From IMG/VR virus record IMGVR_UViG_3300025000_000008: 20,000 nucleotides of DNA; one strand, given 5' to 3'. Source of the stretch: an uncultured virus (IMG/VR IMGVR_UViG_3300025000_000008). Its lineage: Duplodnaviria > Heunggongvirae > Uroviricota > Caudoviricetes. Shown here in pieces: positions 9,579-17,471 of this stretch. The first letter of the stretch is position 1; each line of letters starts with the position of its first letter. The position numbers and the translations under genes are program-made. The notes under the pieces are model-generated. The model did not search any database. It worked only from the letters and a program-made list of their open reading frames with translations, and was not told the DNA's origin.

Positions 9579-10348
9579 TGCAAACTAAAATAATAATTCC
9601 GGTAAGTGGTGGCAAGGATTCACTTCTTTGTTTGTTACTGGCAATCGAAACACATGGGAAGGAAAATTGTATTCCATTATTTAACGATACTGGTTGGGAA
9701 CATCCGGAAACATATTCTTATTTAAAAAGATTGGAAGAAAAACTTGGAATTGAAATAACCAAAACAGAAAATGCAATTTATTGGAATAAAGTTTATTGCG
9801 ATATTCCGAGTTTAATTATAGCAATGCAAAGATTTCCATGGGGCAGGGGTCGATTTTGTTCTAATTATTTTAAAATACAACCAACAAATAAATGGATAAA
9901 ACAGATAATAAAATCAAATCCAAATATAATTTTTGAAATATGGTATGGGATGAGATCTGCCGAAAGCACCAATAGAAAGAAAAAATACGGCAAATTAGAT
10001 ATGAATTCCACCTATGATTTTAATGAGATATTCCCCAAAAGATTTTCTAAAAAAGATTTAATTACTGTCAAGGTGAAACTTCCAATCCTTGAATTATCCA
10101 CCGATCAAGTTTTTAAGGAGATCAGAAATCGCAAAATCGAACTAAATCCTCTTTATTTTGAGGGTACAAATGATCGAGTCGGTTGTTATCCATGCTTCCT
10201 TGCTTCAAAACCAACACAACAAAAGATGTTCAATACTGAATTCGGAAAAATTCAGCTGGCAAAAATAAGAAAACTTGAAAAAATCATCGGGAAGAAATAT
10301 GAGAATATTCAAGATGAAGATGCCCCTTGTGGATTCTGTTTAATTTAA
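9578..10348 (+). CDS. PAPS reductase family protein
   Basis: SGGKDS PP-loop, DTGWEHPET, GMRSAES, RVGCYPC; ATG 9578 overlaps the helicase TAA (TAATG). Confidence 0.85.
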   Translation: MQTKIIIPVSGGKDSLLCLLLAIETHGKENCIPLFNDTGWEHPETYSYLKRLEEKLGIEITKTENAIYWNKVYCDIPSLIIAMQRFPWGRGRFCSNYFKIQPTNKWIKQIIKSNPNIIFEIWYGMRSAESTNRKKKYGKLDMNSTYDFNEIFPKRFSKKDLITVKVKLPILELSTDQVFKEIRNRKIELNPLYFEGTNDRVGCYPCFLASKPTQQKMFNTEFGKIQLAKIRKLEKIIGKKYENIQDEDAPCGFCLI

Positions 10349-10360
10349 AAAGGAGAGTTT

Positions 10361-10735
10361 ATGTCATCGATTACCGTAACCAGAAAATTTGAATTCAGCT
10401 ACGCCCATCACCTGCCGGAATATCAAGGAGACTGCGCAAATCACCATGGACACAATAGTAATGTGGAAGTGGAATTCGGCCAGTCATCCAATTTGCCGGA
10501 AGCATATACCGGTATGGTCATCGACTTCAAAGATATTAGCAAACATGTTCAGCCGGTGATTGACGAGCTTGATCACAAAGATCTGAATGAGGTCTTTGGT
10601 CCCGGGTATACCCCTACCGCCGAACATATAGCCAAATGGATTGCCGCTGAAATTCTGATTACACCAATTGGTTCCGGCCTGATCAGGGTCCAGGTTTCCG
10701 AAACCGATAACTCTTTCGCGACTTGGAGAAGATAA
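10361..10735 (+). CDS. queD: 6-carboxy-5,6,7,8-tetrahydropterin synthase
   Basis: AHHL, CANHHGHN, GMVIDF, LDHKDLN, PTAE, VSET; strong AGGAG RBS. Confidence 0.93.
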   Translation: MSSITVTRKFEFSYAHHLPEYQGDCANHHGHNSNVEVEFGQSSNLPEAYTGMVIDFKDISKHVQPVIDELDHKDLNEVFGPGYTPTAEHIAKWIAAEILITPIGSGLIRVQVSETDNSFATWRR

Positions 10736-11451
10736 TGGAAACCCCAAATAGTTTACGGATCATGTCGGTTTTCTTTTCTATCTCCGGGGAAATCAATGCC
10801 TGGCCACAAGGAACCCCGACGGTGTTTATTCGTCTAGCTGGTTGTAATCTCACCTGCAAATTTTGTGATACCCCACAGAGTCGCCCAGCAGAGGCCGGCG
10901 AGGAAATGACTTTTTCAGAAATCCTTTTCAAAATAAAGTCGTTTGGATTTACCGATTTCTCCCGGGTAAAATTTCTGATCACCGGGGGAGAGCCCCTGAC
11001 TCAAGCCCCCGGCGTGGATGCCTTGATTCTTAACTTGCGCCGGGCTTATTCATTCTGTGAAATAGCCATTGAAACAAATGGGTCTTTCCTGATAGATTGC
11101 CTGAAGAATCAGCCCGATTGCTGGGTGATTGATGTTAAACCAAAGTCCTTGGGGATGGATATTTTCATGGTCCCGGTTGATACTCAGATTGAATCAACCA
11201 AGATTCCTTCTCATATTCTCAAGGGTCGGCCATCAACCATCATATTCAAATGGCTGGCTTGTAGCCTCCCGGATGATATCCTCCCCCTGGCTTTCTATCT
11301 TCTGAAAAAGGGCCAGCAGGAAGGGGTCACACATGCCGTATCTCCTATTGCCCCAGTCAAGCCGGCGGAGCTTTGGGAAAATATGAGGATTTTCAGGAAT
11401 CATCCAGTTGCCCTAAATTGTCAGATTCATAAGCTTTTAGAGTTTGAGTGA
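10735..11451 (+). CDS. queE: 7-carboxy-7-deazaguanine synthase (radical SAM)
   Basis: FFSISGE, VFIRLAGCNLTCKFCDT (CxxxCxxC), ITGGEP, IETNG, QIHK; TAATG overlap with queD. Confidence 0.92.
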   Translation: METPNSLRIMSVFFSISGEINAWPQGTPTVFIRLAGCNLTCKFCDTPQSRPAEAGEEMTFSEILFKIKSFGFTDFSRVKFLITGGEPLTQAPGVDALILNLRRAYSFCEIAIETNGSFLIDCLKNQPDCWVIDVKPKSLGMDIFMVPVDTQIESTKIPSHILKGRPSTIIFKWLACSLPDDILPLAFYLLKKGQQEGVTHAVSPIAPVKPAELWENMRIFRNHPVALNCQIHKLLEFE

Positions 11452-11600
11452 TATTTCTTTGATATTTTTTTACTAAAAGGAAATAATTTTTGAAGAAAAA
11501 GTACAGCGGTTCTTGTATAATAGTTTGAAAGCAAGATTTGCTTGCTGATATAGAATTTAATTGATCAAGATTTTCAACCAGAAGTAAAAAGGAGAATGCC

Positions 11601-12473
11601 ATGACTGAAATCAAACGAATCCAACTGATTGCCGCAGCCAAGGAGCTGAATCACCTGCTCGATGCCGATCCCAAGATCCGAACCGTCGGAATCAAATCTG
11701 AGGATATGATCGGCCCCATCAAGACCGCTGCCGGACTGCTGGAAGACGGCGACAAGCTCACAACCATCACCAAGAATATCCTGGAAGGCCTCGGGATCGT
11801 CTTGCCTGAGGGGATCATTATTGACGATGACGGTGGTCCGCCGGCAGATGATCTCAGCAGCGACGAGGCTGGTGAGCCCGCAGCAGAAGCAACCGTCGAA
11901 GAATTGACCGCCCTGATCGAAGAAATGAATGTCGTCATGTCCCTGGACCCGGTCATTGAGATCCCCGAGGATGCCGATGTCGCCAAGCTGAAGGCACTCA
12001 TTAAGGAAAACTGCTACGACAAGGGGGAATGCCAGGTTTTTGACAACGACAAGTTTTCTGAGGCCTCATGGAAGCTGCTGGCCGGTCTCGACGTGAATCC
12101 AATCATCACCGAGAAGAAAAAGCCGGCCAAGGAAAAAGCTGGCAAGGAAAAGGTCCCAGCAGCAAAACCAGCCAAGGCCGGGAAAACTGAAAAGCCAGCC
12201 AAGGAAAAGGCCGCCAAGCCGGCCAAAGCCCCTGCCGAGAAGAAGGAAAAGGCCTTCAAGGGTCCTGGCGTTATCAAGAGTATCGCCACCATTATCAAGG
12301 AAAAAGGGCCGATCACCAAGGAAAACATTCTGGCTGAACTGGTTAAACTCTTCCCAGACCGTGACAAAGACGCCATGAAAAACACGATCAACGTCCAGAT
12401 TCCGAACAGGATCAATAAGGAACAGGATTTTCAGATTGAAAACACCGACAAGGGTTGGAAGGTTAAGAAATAG
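11601..12473 (+). CDS. acidic + Lys/Ala/Pro-rich histone-H1-like protein, putative DNA-binding
   Basis: AAGGAG RBS; acidic N-terminal half with an internal repeat; PAKEKA/PAKA repeats; small C-terminal globular domain. Confidence 0.6.
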   Translation: MTEIKRIQLIAAAKELNHLLDADPKIRTVGIKSEDMIGPIKTAAGLLEDGDKLTTITKNILEGLGIVLPEGIIIDDDGGPPADDLSSDEAGEPAAEATVEELTALIEEMNVVMSLDPVIEIPEDADVAKLKALIKENCYDKGECQVFDNDKFSEASWKLLAGLDVNPIITEKKKPAKEKAGKEKVPAAKPAKAGKTEKPAKEKAAKPAKAPAEKKEKAFKGPGVIKSIATIIKEKGPITKENILAELVKLFPDRDKDAMKNTINVQIPNRINKEQDFQIENTDKGWKVKK

Positions 12474-12496
12474 CTACCGACCAACAGTCTGGAGTC

Positions 12497-12533
12497 AAGG
12501 GTCGGATGGTTATATTATCCGACCCTTTCTTTT
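12497..12533 (+). terminator. intrinsic terminator
   Basis: 11-bp stem AAGGGTCGGAT (12497-12507) / ATCCGACCCTT (12517-12527) followed by TCTTTT. Confidence 0.8.
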
Positions 12534-12552
12534 ATCAATAAGGTGATAAAAT

Positions 12553-13212
12553 ATGAAAATGGTAATCTCCCTTTCCGGCGGGCTGGACTCAGCGGTTCTG
12601 CTCGGTAGAATGAAAAATATCGGCTATGATGTCCATTGCGTGACTTTTGATTATGGATCAAAGCATGGTCATTATGAAATCGATGCCGCCAGGAAACTCG
12701 CCGCTTGGTATTCAATCCCCTGGCAGGTTATTGATGTCCGCGGGGTTTTCTCCGGCTTTGCCTCCGCCTTGCTCAAAACCGATGAGCGAATGATCCCCGA
12801 GGGGCATTACGAAGACTCGTCAATGTCTCAGACCGTCGTCCCCGGCCGTAATATGATCTTTGCCTCCATCCTGGCCGGGCTCGCCCAATCAATCGGTTAT
12901 GATAGCGTTGGGCTTGGAATTCATGCCGGGGACCATGCTATCTATCCTGATTGCCGGCCCGCTTTCTATGCCGGTATGGGGGCGGCAGTCTCTGCTGCTA
13001 CGGAGCAAAATATTGAATTGTACGCCCCCTTTTTGGATATGACAAAAGGCGAGATAGTTGCTGAAGGGGGTCGATACAAAGTCCCCTTCCGGTTAACCAG
13101 AACCTGTTATAAGGATCAGCCATTACCTTGTGGCCTTTGTGGATCATGTACCGAACGCCTTGAAGCCTTTGCCTTTGCCGGTCTCGTCGACCCCGTCGAA
13201 TATGCAAAGTAG
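12553..13212 (+). CDS. queC: 7-cyano-7-deazaguanine (preQ0) synthase
   Basis: SGGLDS, FDYGSKH, VPGRN, YPDCRP, TRTCY, CGLCGSC. Confidence 0.95.
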   Translation: MKMVISLSGGLDSAVLLGRMKNIGYDVHCVTFDYGSKHGHYEIDAARKLAAWYSIPWQVIDVRGVFSGFASALLKTDERMIPEGHYEDSSMSQTVVPGRNMIFASILAGLAQSIGYDSVGLGIHAGDHAIYPDCRPAFYAGMGAAVSAATEQNIELYAPFLDMTKGEIVAEGGRYKVPFRLTRTCYKDQPLPCGLCGSCTERLEAFAFAGLVDPVEYAK

Positions 13213-13410
13213 AAAAGGTTCGGCCCTGGAAGCCGCGATGAATATTGCTTCCGGCTTCGTCATTTCCTGGGCGCCCCCCCTCCAATCCTCCTGTTATTTG
13301 GTTATTCAATATCAGGAAGCAAGGCGTTTGGGATGACTTTAATATATACCGTCATCTCGTTTATCCGGTCGTATATCTGGCGACGGTTTTTCAACAAGAG
13401 GAAGATATGA
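13202..13410 (+). pseudogene. small phage membrane protein frameshifted at a C7 tract (phase-OFF candidate)
   Basis: MQSRKGSALEAAMNIASGFVISWAPP stops at 13336. With C8 at 13274-13280 it continues ILLLFGYSISGSKAFGMTLIYTVISFIRSYIWRRFFNKRKI to TGA 13408-13410, which overlaps the folE ATG. Confidence 0.7.
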
Positions 13411-14282
13411 AAAGAATTATCACGAACGAGGAAGTAGAAAATAAATGCCGCTGGCTTTTTAATAACAAGCCGTGGACTTCCGGTCTTTTTTACGGAGTTC
13501 CTCGCGGTGGTATCGCTCCGGCATATATGCTTGCCGGAATGGCTGGAGGTCGCGTCACAAATACCCCTGACGAGGCCGACTATATCATTGATGATCTAAT
13601 TGATTCCGGCAGAACGAAAGAGCATTACGAATCCCTTTATCCATATGCCGATTTTATTGCCCTTTTCGAAAAGCAAGATCCTATGGAATGGTTGGTCTTT
13701 CCTTGGGAGGTAACCGCCAAAGGGGAAGATAAATCAGCTGAGGATATTTTTACCCGTTTCCTCGAATTCGTCGGCGAAGATCCCCAGCGTGAAGGTCTGA
13801 TTGAAACCCCGGCCAGGATGGCCAAAGCTTGGAAATTCTGGACAAGCGGTTATGGTCAGAATCCAGATGCGGTTTTTAAGGTTTTCGAAGACGGCGGGGA
13901 GAATTACGATGAAATGGTAATCGTTGATCCAATTCCATTTTTTTCCCACTGCGAACATCATATGGCGGCAATTTTTGGTCAGGTTCATATTGCTTATGTT
14001 CCATCCAAAAAGATTGCCGGACTTTCAAAGTTTGCTCGCCTCGTTGATATCTTTGCTCGCAGGTTGCAGGTCCAAGAACGGATCACCGTCCAGATTGCCG
14101 ATACCATTGAAAAGAATCTTGAGCCCCTCGGAGTTGCGGTTTTCATCAAAGCGACCCACTTTTGTATAGCCAGTCGTGGGGTCCAGAAGGCCGGGACCTT
14201 CGCCAAAACATCTGCCTTGCGCGGCATCTTCAAGGAGAATCCTGCAGCGCGGGCAGAATTTTTCTCGTTATTGAAGGTCTGA
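13407..14282 (+). CDS. folE: type I phosphoribosyltransferase-like domain fused to GTP cyclohydrolase I
   Basis: N-terminal YGVPRGG, IIDDLIDSGRT, WLVFPWE (PRTase); C-terminal REGLIETPAR, SHCEHH, GLSKFAR, RRLQVQER, HFCIASRGV (FolE). ATG 13407 preceded by GAGG. Confidence 0.9.
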   Translation: MKRIITNEEVENKCRWLFNNKPWTSGLFYGVPRGGIAPAYMLAGMAGGRVTNTPDEADYIIDDLIDSGRTKEHYESLYPYADFIALFEKQDPMEWLVFPWEVTAKGEDKSAEDIFTRFLEFVGEDPQREGLIETPARMAKAWKFWTSGYGQNPDAVFKVFEDGGENYDEMVIVDPIPFFSHCEHHMAAIFGQVHIAYVPSKKIAGLSKFARLVDIFARRLQVQERITVQIADTIEKNLEPLGVAVFIKATHFCIASRGVQKAGTFAKTSALRGIFKENPAARAEFFSLLKV

Positions 14283-14294
14283 TAGTATAATACA

Positions 14295-14463
14295 ATGAAG
14301 ATATTTTTGGCCGGCAATACTCCGGGTCGGGTCGAGGAAGAAAAGTTATTTAAGAAACACGGGATAGACCCCCCCCCGGCGACTAATGGCCTTCCATTAT
14401 CTTCTTTGTGACAAATCGGTATTATTAATGTTCAACTATTTCATCAAAAAGGAGAAATCATGA
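14295..14463 (+). pseudogene. DpdA N-terminal-like module 1 (C9 tract, out of frame)
   Basis: MKIFLAGNTPG...GIDPP. C9 at 14369-14377 gives a stop at 14411; C8 gives RRLMAFHYLL...KEKS ending at TGA 14461-14463, overlapping the yhhQ ATG. Confidence 0.75.
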
Positions 14464-14978
14464 AGTATACTTGGCCCGCATTATACCTGACAAGCATCCT
14501 GCTCGGCAATTTCTTTGTCATGTGGTTCGGCATCGTTCATATTGCCGGATTGACCTTTCCGGCTGGCGTCGTTTTTGTCGGATTGACTTTCTCGTTCCGG
14601 GACTTTGTTCAGCGGCAGTGGGGTGATTATGCCTGCTGGATTTGGATGGCTATAGCCACCGGAATAACCTTTTTCCTGAATCAACAGATTGCCCTGGCTT
14701 CGGTATCGGCCTTCCTCGTTTCGGAAGCGGTTGACTGGGCCTCTTTCAAATATTTGAAGTTCTCATTCAAAAAACGAATATATATTTCAAACCTCTTTTC
14801 ATGTCCGCTGGACTCCTTGATCTTTGTGACGATCGCTTTCGGCTGGGTCTGGCCGGCGATATGGGGTCAGGCATTGATAAAGTATCTTGCCGGTCTGCTG
14901 GTATTGCCATTCATCCGGGAGGAAGAGCGGTATCCTTGCGGGTGCGAAACCGAAGATGCCGATCTCATATACAGATAA
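14460..14978 (+). CDS. yhhQ: VUT/YhhQ-family queuosine-precursor transporter (short form)
   Basis: Hydrophobic; GLTFSFRDFVQ, ALASVSAFLVSEAVD, SNLFSCPLDSLIF, GQALIK motifs; que-gene context. Confidence 0.8.
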   Translation: MKYTWPALYLTSILLGNFFVMWFGIVHIAGLTFPAGVVFVGLTFSFRDFVQRQWGDYACWIWMAIATGITFFLNQQIALASVSAFLVSEAVDWASFKYLKFSFKKRIYISNLFSCPLDSLIFVTIAFGWVWPAIWGQALIKYLAGLLVLPFIREEERYPCGCETEDADLIYR

Positions 14979-15145
14979 TGAAGATTTATCTTGCCGGGGT
15001 TCCAGGGGGGGGCAGTCCAGGGATTTGTAAGCGGGAAATTGATCTTGTCAAAGCCGATCTATTTAAACGAAGATTGCACTCTTACTATCATATCCTGATT
15101 ACAAAAAGCAAATTATCAGCAGACTTAAAACGACCATCCAAATGA
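14978..15145 (+). CDS. DpdA N-terminal-like module 2 (G8 tract, in frame)
   Basis: MKIYLAGVPGGGSPG...KRRLHSYYHIL..., 55 aa; TAATG overlap at start, ATGA at end; G8 at 15005-15012. Confidence 0.75.
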   Translation: MKIYLAGVPGGGSPGICKREIDLVKADLFKRRLHSYYHILITKSKLSADLKRPSK

Positions 15146-17134
15146 AAATCACCTTCGCTGGAACCCCAGGAACGAGAGAGAGAGAGAGAGAGGAAATGGC
15201 AAACTATAATTCAACGCCGGCTCCTCTCTTTCTGGGATATCTCACAAAACCAATTCAATATTCCTTTTGCCTTCGAACATTCCATGGAAACAAAAACTGA
15301 CATCTTCCTCGACTCAGGCGCATACTCGGCATTTACCCAAGGCGTAGAGATCGACATTAATGATTACATCGCTTTTATTAAAGAGCATAGTGATCATCTC
15401 GCCGTCTATGCAAATCTTGATGTAATAGGATCTCCTGAAGGAACCTGGCGAAATCAACGCAGGATGGAAGCCGCAGGCGTAAAACCCTTGCCATGCTTCC
15501 ATTACGGCGAAGATCCAAAGTGGTTGAAAAAATATCTTGATCGTGGCTACGACTATATCGCACTCGGGGGTATGGTCCCAATCTCAACGCCTGATCTGAA
15601 AATCTGGCTGGATGATATCTGGAAGAATTATTTGACCGATACAGATGGAATGCCGCTTGTCAAAGTTCACGGCTTCGGTCTAACCAGTAATTCATTGATG
15701 CGGCGATATCCGTGGTTTTGTATGACGGAAGAAGATCATACTGTCCTTACCAAGAAAGGATGGGCATCATTGGTCGATTTAACTATTGGTGATGAAATTT
15801 TATCATTTAATAATGGAATCGCTGAATGGCAACAAATTCAAGAAATTCCAATTTTCGAAGTTGAAAATGCCGAAATCAGGCATTTATCAAATAGAACTTT
15901 TGAAGCAATGGTTTCTGGGAATCATCGGTGGCAAGTTTCAAATATCAATAATAGAAACGAAAGATATAAGTGGAGAACCACCGATACTTTACTTGCAGGA
16001 GATTGTATCAATCGGGTCGGACAGTATGATTTTCCGATCAAATCCCCATATACTGATGCCCAAATTAAAGCATTGGCCTGGTTCTGGACTGACGGAACCA
16101 TAAAAAGAAGACCAAAATACAAAAATGATTCAATCGTCATTTATCAATCAAATAAAGCGAATCCAGAAAAATGCCAAATTATTCGGGATGTCTTAATAAC
16201 TGCCGAAGAAGCTTTTTGCGAATCTACTTCCACGGGTGATATGATTTCTTTTGAATTGTATGGGGAGTTAGCGAAATGGCTATTGAGCCAGGCCCCTGAA
16301 AAGAAGTTATCAATAGACCTTCCGTTTTTAATGACAAAAAAACAATCTGAGGATTTTATAAAATATTCAATTCTTGCAGATGGAAGCAAAACAAATCTAA
16401 AGAGGTCAGATGGATTTTCTTTGACTGTTACGAGAGAAGTTAAGAAAGAAAATTTAGAAATAATCAGAATAATATGTTTATTATTAGGGATTCCCACTTC
16501 TGTATTTGATAATAATTATAAGCCAAGTCGTGGATTATTATCCTCTTCGGTTAATTATGTCTATGTCAACCAAATTAAAAAAGAAACAATAAAATATACC
16601 GGAAGACTTTGGTGTGTCAGGGTCCCATCTGGAGCATTTTTTACCAAATGTCGAGATAAAATTTACGTTACTGGAAACTCCGTAGATAGTACAAGCTGGG
16701 TAATGACCGGCAGGATGGGGGGTGTCTATGTGCCGAAATATCGGAATGGCCAGTATGATTATTCTGAGGATTGCTGGAAGGTTCAGGTCAGCAATCGTAG
16801 CCCGAGCAAAAATGAACCTGGGAAACATCTCGAATCCTTTTCCCCTGCAGCTCGCCGCAATATCGAACAATATTTCACCCATAAGGGATTCAAGGTCGGC
16901 AGGTCAGAATTCAGGATGATGCCGGCCGATTATGAACTCAAGGAAAGTGAAAAATGGAATGGTAAGGCGGTCGGAGATAAACGAGAAGTGGAACTCATAA
17001 TTGAGCCCGGCCTTTCCAATGATTACAAACAACGGGATGAACTGAATATCATCTATTTCCTGGATCTGGAAAAGAACTGGAGGCCTTGGCCCTGGCCGTT
17101 TCAACCAAGAGTATCAAGGAGTTTTTCATTATAA
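15142..17134 (+). CDS. dpdA: TGT-fold DpdA-like 7-deazaguanine DNA transglycosylase with intein; N-terminal module 3 out of frame at (AG)9 (uninterrupted body 15284..17134)
   Basis: FLDSGAYSA, ANLDVIG, PCFHYGE, IALGGMV, VHGFG, SVDSTSW TGT-like motifs beside folE/queCDE. MKITFAG (15142) joins RRLLSFW...EHS-METKTDIFLDSG if the tract is (AG)10 or (AG)7. Confidence 0.8.
15175..15192 (+). repeat. (AG)9 dinucleotide simple-sequence repeat
   Basis: AGAGAGAGAGAGAGAGAG read directly from the sequence. Confidence 0.95.
15719..16678 (+). mobile_element. intein (320 aa) with LAGLIDADG-type homing endonuclease region
   Basis: Starts CMTEEDHTVLTKKGW; block B VSGNHRW; ALAWFWTDGT and YSILADGS endonuclease-like motifs; ends LWCVRVPSGAFF...VTGN followed by Ser; exteins rejoin as RYPWF|SVDSTSW. 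Confidence 0.9.
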
Positions 17135-17343
17135 TGTGCAAAATATATCTTGCAACTTGGCTTCTGGAAGTTTCACAAGGGGAATCCTTGACCAATGCCG
17201 GAGGCAATCAACGCCTCTTGTCATATTTCCATACCAAGGAAAAAGAATCCGAATTTCCCCACTATTGCAAAACTGGACGAAATGAAAATATACCTTGCCG
17301 GCAACGGGGCGATGCCAAAAGAACAAAGAGAAAGTCTTTATAA
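17134..17343 (+). CDS. DpdA N-terminal-like module 4 (no SSR, in frame)
   Basis: MCKIYLATWLL...NQRLLSYFH..., 69 aa; TAATG overlap with the dpdA stop. Confidence 0.7.
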   Translation: MCKIYLATWLLEVSQGESLTNAGGNQRLLSYFHTKEKESEFPHYCKTGRNENIPCRQRGDAKRTKRKSL

Positions 17344-17471
17344 CCCCCCCCCAGCCGCTACTAAAAAGGAGGCTGTTATCTTTCTTTGAGATCCAGCCAG
17401 GAAGATTTTGTTGCAGTCAATGGAATTGGTTGTATGAAAATATACTTAGCAAGCACCGCCCCAGGCCATGA
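17282..17471 (+). pseudogene. DpdA N-terminal-like module 5 (C9 tract, out of frame)
   Basis: MKIYLAGNGAMP...LYNPP. C9 at 17344-17352 gives a stop at 17389; C8 gives QPLLKRRLLSFFEI... to TGA 17469-17471. Confidence 0.75.

Noticed and set aside
9578..10348. Phosphorothioate (dnd/ssp) system
   Set aside because: Only a PAPS-reductase-family gene is present; no DndD/DndE, SspB/C or cysteine desulfurase is visible.
13245..13406. Upstream extension of folE in the ORF track (TTG 13245)
   Set aside because: It overlaps the frameshifted membrane gene; ATG 13407 has an RBS and ATGA coupling.
14801..14977. 114-aa ORF 14801..15145, and the similar extensions 17086.. and 17195..
   Set aside because: The upstream parts are shadows of neighbouring genes; the real starts are the MKIYLA-type ATGs at 14978, 17134 and 17282.
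15143..15145. TGA readthrough fusing module 2 to the DpdA body (same frame, single stop)
   Set aside because: This follows automatically from the ATGA overlap plus the (AG)9 shift, would give two RRLxS motifs in tandem, and TGA is an ordinary stop elsewhere in the window.
15284..17134. Canonical tRNA-guanine transglycosylase (tgt) for queuosine
   Set aside because: It lacks the C-terminal CxCxxC...H zinc motif of bacterial Tgt, no queF/queA is present, and the phage context favours DpdA. A tRNA target is not formally excluded.
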